Below are positions 26,719-36,636 of a stretch of 36,636 bases of DNA, one piece after another. This DNA is from Chthoniobacter flavus (GTDB lineage Bacteria; Verrucomicrobiota; Verrucomicrobiia; Chthoniobacterales; CAKUMP01). The notes beneath the pieces are model-generated. The model made no database searches, had not been told where the DNA came from, and saw nothing but the letters and a program-made list of their open reading frames with translations. The stretch covers positions 1 through 36,636 of the forward strand of contig DYRR01000003.1 of NCBI GenBank assembly GCA_020718605.1, read 5' to 3'. Each line of letters opens with the position of its first letter. The stretch's first letter is position 1. Both the position numbers and the translations under genes were made by a program.

Positions 26719-26780
26719 AAGCCGGGGTTGGAATCGAATGGCGCTAAGTCAAGGGGGATTTTGGAGGTCGTGCGTATGTC

Positions 26781-26859
26781 GCCCCTTCAGGGCTTTGTTA
26801 TTAAACTACTTGAATCCCAGGGCGTTGCCCTGGGCTGGTATATTTTGCCCCTTTGGGGC
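26781..26859. repeat. Three-palindrome REP-like cluster
   Basis: GCCCCTTCAGGGC ... CCCAGGGC-GTT-GCCCTGGG ... GCCCCTTTGGGGC. Confidence 0.6.
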
Positions 26860-26942
26860 ATCGCTGCTTAGGTTAGTGCCATTGGGGAACGGGGGATCAA
26901 TGCCGCGCGGAATCCTGCGGGCATCGGGAATCTGTGGAAAAA

Positions 26943-27968
<1,026 letters not shown>

Positions 27969-28031
27969 GGTGTGGTGTGGTTGGTTTGGAATTGGACAGC
28001 CCGCGGGCGGAACGCGGGCGGGAGTGGAAAA

Positions 28032-28511
28032 TCAGTCGTTCGAGCGGGCGAGCGCGACCTTGCCGGTGCGGGTGACTTCGGAGAGGCCGAAGTTGGCCAT
28101 GAGGGCGAGGAATTTGTTGATCTTGCTTTCGTTGCCGGTGATCTCGATGGCGAGTTTGGAGGGCTGGACGTCGATGATCTTGGCGCGGAAAATATCGCAG
28201 ATCTGCATGACCTCGGGCCGGGTGCGGGAGTCGGCATTCACACGCAGCAGCACGAGTTCGCGGTCCACATACTCGTCGTCGCGGAAATCGGTGACTGTGA
28301 TCACATCCACCAGTTTGTTGAGCTGCTTGGTGACCTGCTCGAGCACCTTGTCATCGCCCCGCACCACGATGGTCATGCGGGAAGTGGCGGGATCCATCGT
28401 CGGACCCACGTTGAGGCTGTCAATATTGAAGCCCCGTCCGCTGAACATGCCGGCGATGCGGGCCAGCACGCCGAATTTGTTTTCGACTTTGACTGAAATG
28501 GTGTGTCGCAT
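28032..28511 (-). CDS. ilvN: Acetolactate synthase small (regulatory) subunit
   Basis: MRHTISVKVENKFGVLARIAGMFSGRGFNIDSL...QLNKLVDV...RTGKVAL. Confidence 0.95.
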   Translation of the reverse strand: MRHTISVKVENKFGVLARIAGMFSGRGFNIDSLNVGPTMDPATSRMTIVVRGDDKVLEQVTKQLNKLVDVITVTDFRDDEYVDRELVLLRVNADSRTRPEVMQICDIFRAKIIDVQPSKLAIEITGNESKINKFLALMANFGLSEVTRTGKVALARSND

Positions 28512-28638
28512 GGAGAGTCGGGCATCATCCGGAGACACCTCCCTCCCGTCAAACCGAAAAATCAGCCTGGCGACGGTTTTTTCCCGAAGCCACCAGCGCC
28601 GGATGACACCGGTTCGCTTCCCGCCCAATCCGTAATCA

Positions 28639-28781
28639 CCCGAATCATTACGATCCTTTGGAGGATATACAGAAATGGGGGGAGTGTGCGGCGGGCGATC
28701 CCGCTCCTCCCGGAGCGGGCTACAGGCTGCTTCGTAGCCCTGCGCGGGAGCGCAGGGATCTGCCGATCCTAACGATTGGGG
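28639..28781 (+). mobile_element. 143-bp MITE-like element carrying a GTAG REP doublet (copy 2)
   Basis: TIRs CCCGAATCATTACGATC / GATCCTAACGATTGGGG (14/17). Perfect flanking direct repeat CGTAATCA at 28631-28638 and 28782-28789. Confidence 0.82.
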
Positions 28782-28862
28782 CGTAATCACGTTTCGGCGC
28801 GTTGCGGCGGGATCGCGTCCGCTCTGCGCAATCCCCAACTCCTCCCACATCGCCACCAGAGT

Positions 28863-29060
28863 TTACCAGGCCGCCGCAGCCCAGGAATGATAAGGGTCCT
28901 GGCGGTTGAAGAAGGCCACAATAAGACCCGTGTCGGCGATCTCTTTCACTTGCGACCCGCAGCCCGGTTCCGGAGGCGTTCGCGGACGGAGGCGTTTGTG
29001 GCCGCTACGGAGCCGTTTTGGTAGAGGCCGACAAGATCCTCGGACGCAAAAGAACGGCAC
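28863..29060 (-). pseudogene. Toxin-antitoxin relic: antitoxin-like C-terminus coupled to a truncated PIN toxin
   Basis: ...EDLVGLYQNGSVAATNASVRERLRNRAAGRK* overlaps (GTGA) with VKEIADTGLIVAFFNRQDPYHSWAAAAW*, a PIN N-terminus that stops after 28 codons. Confidence 0.65.
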
Positions 29061-29105
29061 TTTTCCCTGTCGCCCCCTGAAATATCGTCTTCGACGCCGC
29101 GGGGA

Positions 29106-32585
<3,480 letters not shown>

Positions 32586-32647
32586 GCGGTCCCGGAGTGT
32601 ATTCCCGCCCTTCCCGATGTCGAGCCATTGGATGGTTGTGGGCGTCG

Positions 32648-32776
32648 CCCGAATCCTGACGATCTGAAACTTGACACGTCAGCTTCCGGGCTTGGTTCCC
32701 GCACAATCAGGGGCAAGCTGCCCCTGCCACTCTGCACCCATTCCCTCCACGGGCAGATGGATCGTCAGGATTGGGG
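32648..32776 (+). mobile_element. 129-bp MITE-like element with related TIRs but different REP cargo
   Basis: TIRs CCCGAATCCTGACGATC / GATCGTCAGGATTGGGG (16/17). Flanking 9-bp repeats TGGGCGTCG / TGGGTGTCG. Internal CAGGGGCA-AGC-TGCCCCTG-CCAC. Confidence 0.8.
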
Positions 32777-32783
32777 TGGGTGT

Positions 32784-32864
32784 CGCGCTCCTCCCGGAGC
32801 GGGCCGCAACCTGCTTCGCAGCTCTGTGCGGGAGCGCAGGGACCTGCCTTTCGTAATGTCGGCG
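32784..32864 (+). repeat. Decayed copy of the REP doublet plus a remnant right TIR
   Basis: CGCGCTCC-TCCC-GGAGCGGG-ccgc...gcag-CTCTGTGC-GGGA-GCGCAGGG-ACCTGCC, then TCGTAATG as in the reverse complement of the left TIR. Confidence 0.7.
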
Positions 32865-32949
32865 ATACGGGCGGTGAACCCGTGCGTTGGCATCATCGGG
32901 AACCATTTTTCCTCGCCGTGCGGGGTCTGAGGCGGTCATATCTGGGTGC

Positions 32950-34257
32950 ATGTTGAATTATATATGGCTTGGTCTGGTTCTGGCCGCCGTTCTTCTGGGC
33001 GGTTGGCAGGGGCATTTCAAGGAGGTCACCGAAGGCGCCTTTGAGATGGCCAAAACTTCCGTCACGCTTGCGATCGGCCTGGTGGGGGTGATGTCCCTGT
33101 GGCTGGGCGTGATGCGGCTGGCGGAGAAGTCCGGACTGGTGACTTTGCTGGCCCGCAGGCTCGCGCCGGTCCTGCGCCGTCTTTTCCCCGATGTGCCGGC
33201 CGAACATCCGGCCATGGGTGCCATGGTCATGAATACCGCCGCCAACATGCTCGGACTGGCCAACGCCGCCACCCCGCTGGGGCTGCGGGCCATGACGCAT
33301 CTGGAAAAGCTGAACCCCCATCCCGGCACCGCCACCAATGCGATGTGCACCTTCCTCGCCATCAACACCAGCTCGGTCCAGATCATTCCCGCAACCGCCA
33401 TCGCCATCCTTGCCTCGGCCGGATCGGCGAATCCCACGGCCATTGTCGGCACGGCACTCGTGGCCACGCTCTGCTCCACGGCCGTGGGTATCACTGCGGT
33501 GAAATTGCTGGAGCGACTGCCGGTGTTTCGAATCTCCGGGGCACCGAAGCCGCCCGGCCCGGCGGGTGATGAAACGGCGGATTCTGTGGAGGGGGATGCA
33601 TTGGCCGATCCTCCACGGCCCGTGCCCGCATGGGGCCGGGCGGTGCTCCTGTTGTTTCTGGGGTTTTTCGCTTGGATCGCCGTCCGGCAAATCATCGACA
33701 ACGGCGAGCCGCCGTTGTTTGTGGCGATGGTGGAGTCGGTCTCCCTGCTGGCGATTCCTTTTCTGCTGGGGTTATTTCCGCTGTATGCCGCGCTTCGCGG
33801 GGTGCCGGTGTATGAGGAGTTTGTCGAAGGGGCGAAGGAGGGGTTCCAGGTGGCGATCCGGATCATCCCGTTCCTTGTCGCCATTTTGGTTGCGGTGGGG
33901 ATGTTTCGTGGCGCGGGAGGCATCGGGACGTTGCGCCACCTGCTGGGACCGGCCTTGGAGTCGATCGGGTTTCCCGTGGATCTGCTCCCCATGGTGCTGG
34001 TGCGCCCGCTCAGCGGCGGTGCGTCGCTTGGGATGTTCTCCGAACTGGTCGCACATTTCGGCCCCGACCATCTCACCACCCGCATGGCCGCCACGATTTT
34101 TGGCAGCACGGAGACCACATTCTATGTCGTGGCGGTTTACTTCGGAGCGGTGGCAATCCGGCGCGCGCGGCACGCCATTGCTGCGGGACTGATCGCCGAC
34201 CTCTCCGGAGTGATCGCATCGGTGGTGGTCTGCCGCATGGTTTTTGGAGCGGCCTGA
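32950..34257 (+). CDS. Fused SpmA/SpmB (nucleoside-recognition Gate domain) membrane protein
   Basis: NTAANMLGLANAATPLGL, INTSSVQIIP, FVEGAKEG, RPLSGG and GSTETTFYV motifs. Confidence 0.9.
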   Translation: MLNYIWLGLVLAAVLLGGWQGHFKEVTEGAFEMAKTSVTLAIGLVGVMSLWLGVMRLAEKSGLVTLLARRLAPVLRRLFPDVPAEHPAMGAMVMNTAANMLGLANAATPLGLRAMTHLEKLNPHPGTATNAMCTFLAINTSSVQIIPATAIAILASAGSANPTAIVGTALVATLCSTAVGITAVKLLERLPVFRISGAPKPPGPAGDETADSVEGDALADPPRPVPAWGRAVLLLFLGFFAWIAVRQIIDNGEPPLFVAMVESVSLLAIPFLLGLFPLYAALRGVPVYEEFVEGAKEGFQVAIRIIPFLVAILVAVGMFRGAGGIGTLRHLLGPALESIGFPVDLLPMVLVRPLSGGASLGMFSELVAHFGPDHLTTRMAATIFGSTETTFYVVAVYFGAVAIRRARHAIAAGLIADLSGVIASVVVCRMVFGAA

Positions 34258-34261
34258 AAAC

Positions 34262-35527
34262 ATGATGCAATCCAACCGCCATCCATTCATCCAACCCGGG
34301 AACACTCCCCGCATCGCCTGCCTTCATGCACTGGCAGAGTGGGAGTCCGGACAGGTGCGCGCCGATGATCTGCTGCACCGGCCCGGGGTTTGCGACGGTT
34401 TTGCGGCGAGGGATCGTGCGCTGTTCACGGAATTGTTTTACGGGATACTCCGGAACCTGCGGGCGCTTGATTTTCTGATCGATCACCTGCGTGGCGGGGG
34501 GCTTGATCCGGTCACCCGCAACATCCTGCGCTGCGGTCTGTATCAGTTGCGCTGGCTTAGGATTCCCGACCACGCGGCGGTGAATGAATCAGTCGCATCG
34601 GCCGGGCGCGCCCGTGGTCTCGTGAACGCGCTGTTGCGGCGCTCGATCCGCGAGCGGGAGGATTTGGATCGTCTGCTGGCCGGGGCGTCGCCCGGGATCC
34701 GCCATTCGCATCCCGATTTTCTGGTGGCCCGCTGGGTCGCCCGGTTCGGATCCACCCGCGCGGAGGCAATGCTCGCGGAGGACAACCGTCCCTCGGAACT
34801 TTTTGTGCGGGTGAACCTGCTGCTCTCCACCCCGGAGGAACTGATCCGCGCCGTGCCGGATGCGGAACCCGTTGCCGGACGAGGGGATGTGTTCCGGGTC
34901 CGGCATCTTCCCGGGGATTTTCTGGAGCGGGGATTGGGTTACATGCAGGATCCGGCGACACTGGCCGCCGTGGAAATGCTCGATCCGCAATCCGGCGACA
35001 CGGTACTGGACGCCTGTGCGGCTCCGGGGGGCAAGGCGGCGTTTATTGCCCAGTGCATGGGGGATCGCGGCACCCTGGTGGCGACGGATTGTGACCCGGT
35101 GCGCCTCGGGCGGTTGCGGGAGAATCTGACGCGGCTGGGCGTGACGATCGCCCGGGTCGAGGCGGTGGATTGGGTGAGAGGGGTGGCGTCTGTCGGGATG
35201 TTTGACCGGATTTTGCTGGATGCACCCTGTTCCAACAGCGGAGTTCTGCGCCGCCGGGTGGATGCGCGCTGGAGGCTTGTGCCGGATGATTTTGTGCGAA
35301 TGGCGGCACGGCAGCTCCGGATGTTGAGGCATTTGATTCCGTGCTTGAAACCCGGCGGGCGGCTCGTCTATAGCACGTGCAGCATTGAGCCCGAAGAAAA
35401 CGGGGAAGTGGTTCGGGCACTGCTCTCCGCCACGCCCGCCCTGCGCCTCGAACGCGAACACGAATCCATCCCCGGCCCCGGTTCCCACGACGGAGCCTAT
35501 GCCGCGATTTTATCCAAAGATGTTTGA
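34262..35527 (+). CDS. rsmB: 16S rRNA m5C967 methyltransferase (Sun/RsmB)
   Basis: NusB-like N-terminus; QD, DACAAPGGK, DAPCSNSG and YSTCSIEPEEN motifs. Confidence 0.92.
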   Translation: MMQSNRHPFIQPGNTPRIACLHALAEWESGQVRADDLLHRPGVCDGFAARDRALFTELFYGILRNLRALDFLIDHLRGGGLDPVTRNILRCGLYQLRWLRIPDHAAVNESVASAGRARGLVNALLRRSIREREDLDRLLAGASPGIRHSHPDFLVARWVARFGSTRAEAMLAEDNRPSELFVRVNLLLSTPEELIRAVPDAEPVAGRGDVFRVRHLPGDFLERGLGYMQDPATLAAVEMLDPQSGDTVLDACAAPGGKAAFIAQCMGDRGTLVATDCDPVRLGRLRENLTRLGVTIARVEAVDWVRGVASVGMFDRILLDAPCSNSGVLRRRVDARWRLVPDDFVRMAARQLRMLRHLIPCLKPGGRLVYSTCSIEPEENGEVVRALLSATPALRLEREHESIPGPGSHDGAYAAILSKDV

Positions 35528-36635
35528 ACTGCTTGCCACCGAAGGCCGCGCCAGGTGCGGACGTCTCACCACGCCGCACGGGGTCATCGAGACACCCATT
35601 TTCATGCCCGTGGGCACGCAGGGAACGGTGAAGGGGGTGAGCCCGGAGGAATTGCGCGGATTGCGGGCACAGATCATCCTCGGCAATACGTATCATCTGT
35701 TTGTCAGGCCCGGACTGGACGTGATGAGGCATTTTGGCGGACTGCACCGGTTCATGGCGTGGGATGGACCGATTCTTACCGACTCCGGGGGGTTCCAGGT
35801 TTTCTCGCTGGCCAAACTGCGGCGCATCACCGAGGAGGGCGTGCATTTTCAGAATCACCTCGACGGCACGCCCACTTTCATCGGACCCGAGACGTCGATG
35901 GATATCCAGGAGACGCTGGGTTCCGACATCGCGATGGTGTTTGATGAATGTCCGCCGTTTCCCTGCGAGCGCGATTATGCGGCGCGCAGTCTCGCGCTCA
36001 CGCTGCGCTGGGCGGCCCGCTGCAAACTCTGGCAGGAATCCCGCCCGCGTCCGCCCCTGGTTTTTGGCATCGTGCAGGGATCGTCGTATGCGGATCTCCG
36101 GGCGGAAAGCGCGCAGGCCCTGGTGGAGATCGGGTTCGATGGATATGCCGTGGGCGGCGTGAGCGTGGGGGAACCGGAGCCCGAAATGATGGCCGCCATC
36201 GAGCACAGCGTGCCGTTTCTTCCGTCCGACCGTCCGCGCTATGCGATGGGACTGGGAACCCCCCCGCAGATGCTGGAGATGATCGCCCGGGGCATCGACA
36301 TGTTCGACTGCGTGCTTCCCACCCGCATTGCGCGCAATGGCACAGCCTTCACCGCCGCAGGCACTTTGAACCTGAAAAACAGCGGATTCGCGTTGGACCC
36401 CGGACCGATCGAGGACGGATGCCAGTGCCCGGCCTGCCGGACCTTCACGCGGGGTTATCTGCGGCATCTCATCAAGGCGGAGGAGATACTCGGGCTGCGC
36501 CTGGTCACGCTGCACAACCTGCATTTCTACCTCACCCTCATGGAGAAGACCCGCCATCACATCCAAGTCGGCACCTTCGATGAATTCCGGCGGGCCTTTG
36601 TCGCCGGATATCAGGTTCATAAAACAAAATTTTAG
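35520..36635 (+). CDS. tgt: Queuine tRNA-ribosyltransferase
   Basis: TPIFMPVGT, NTYHL, TDSGGFQVFSL, GIVQG, DMFDCVLPTR and CQCPAC motifs; TAG at 36633-36635. Confidence 0.97.
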   Translation: MFELLATEGRARCGRLTTPHGVIETPIFMPVGTQGTVKGVSPEELRGLRAQIILGNTYHLFVRPGLDVMRHFGGLHRFMAWDGPILTDSGGFQVFSLAKLRRITEEGVHFQNHLDGTPTFIGPETSMDIQETLGSDIAMVFDECPPFPCERDYAARSLALTLRWAARCKLWQESRPRPPLVFGIVQGSSYADLRAESAQALVEIGFDGYAVGGVSVGEPEPEMMAAIEHSVPFLPSDRPRYAMGLGTPPQMLEMIARGIDMFDCVLPTRIARNGTAFTAAGTLNLKNSGFALDPGPIEDGCQCPACRTFTRGYLRHLIKAEEILGLRLVTLHNLHFYLTLMEKTRHHIQVGTFDEFRRAFVAGYQVHKTKF

Positions 36636-36636
36636 A

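Noticed and set aside
28512-28856. N-terminal extension of IlvN in the ORF track, with a similar peptide in ORF 15096-15542
   Set aside because: The shared peptide is just the translated MITE. IlvN homology starts at Met 28511.

Overview
GC-rich bacterial chromosomal window. Its gene content and proteins look verrucomicrobial, but that taxon call is inference only. The left end carries a nitrate-respiration/NO-stress unit on the minus strand (ric, a dihaem cytochrome c, and the 5' part of narG) behind an FNR-like box and a perfect 9-4-9 palindrome, followed by a radical-SAM/SPASM relic. Most of the rest is housekeeping: hslO, cysS-ispF-suhB, coaB/coaC-gmk-yicC-trpB, holB-tmk, aspS, ilvN-ilvC, dnaE, rsmB and tgt. 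Accessory content is a UbiA/PgpA-like pair, crcB-DUF190, a glucosylglycerate/mannosylglucosylglycerate-type cluster, one intact Phd-VapC module and one TA relic. The most unusual signal is intergenic: short (129-143 bp) non-coding elements bounded by shared 17-bp asymmetric inverted repeats (CCCGAATC...GATYGGGG). Two have clear 8-9 bp flanking direct repeats, their cargo is GTAG/GTGG REP hairpins, the cargo differs between copies, and one sits against an older decayed copy. No transposase, rRNA, tRNA or CRISPR array was recognised. All coordinates and identities were read by eye.
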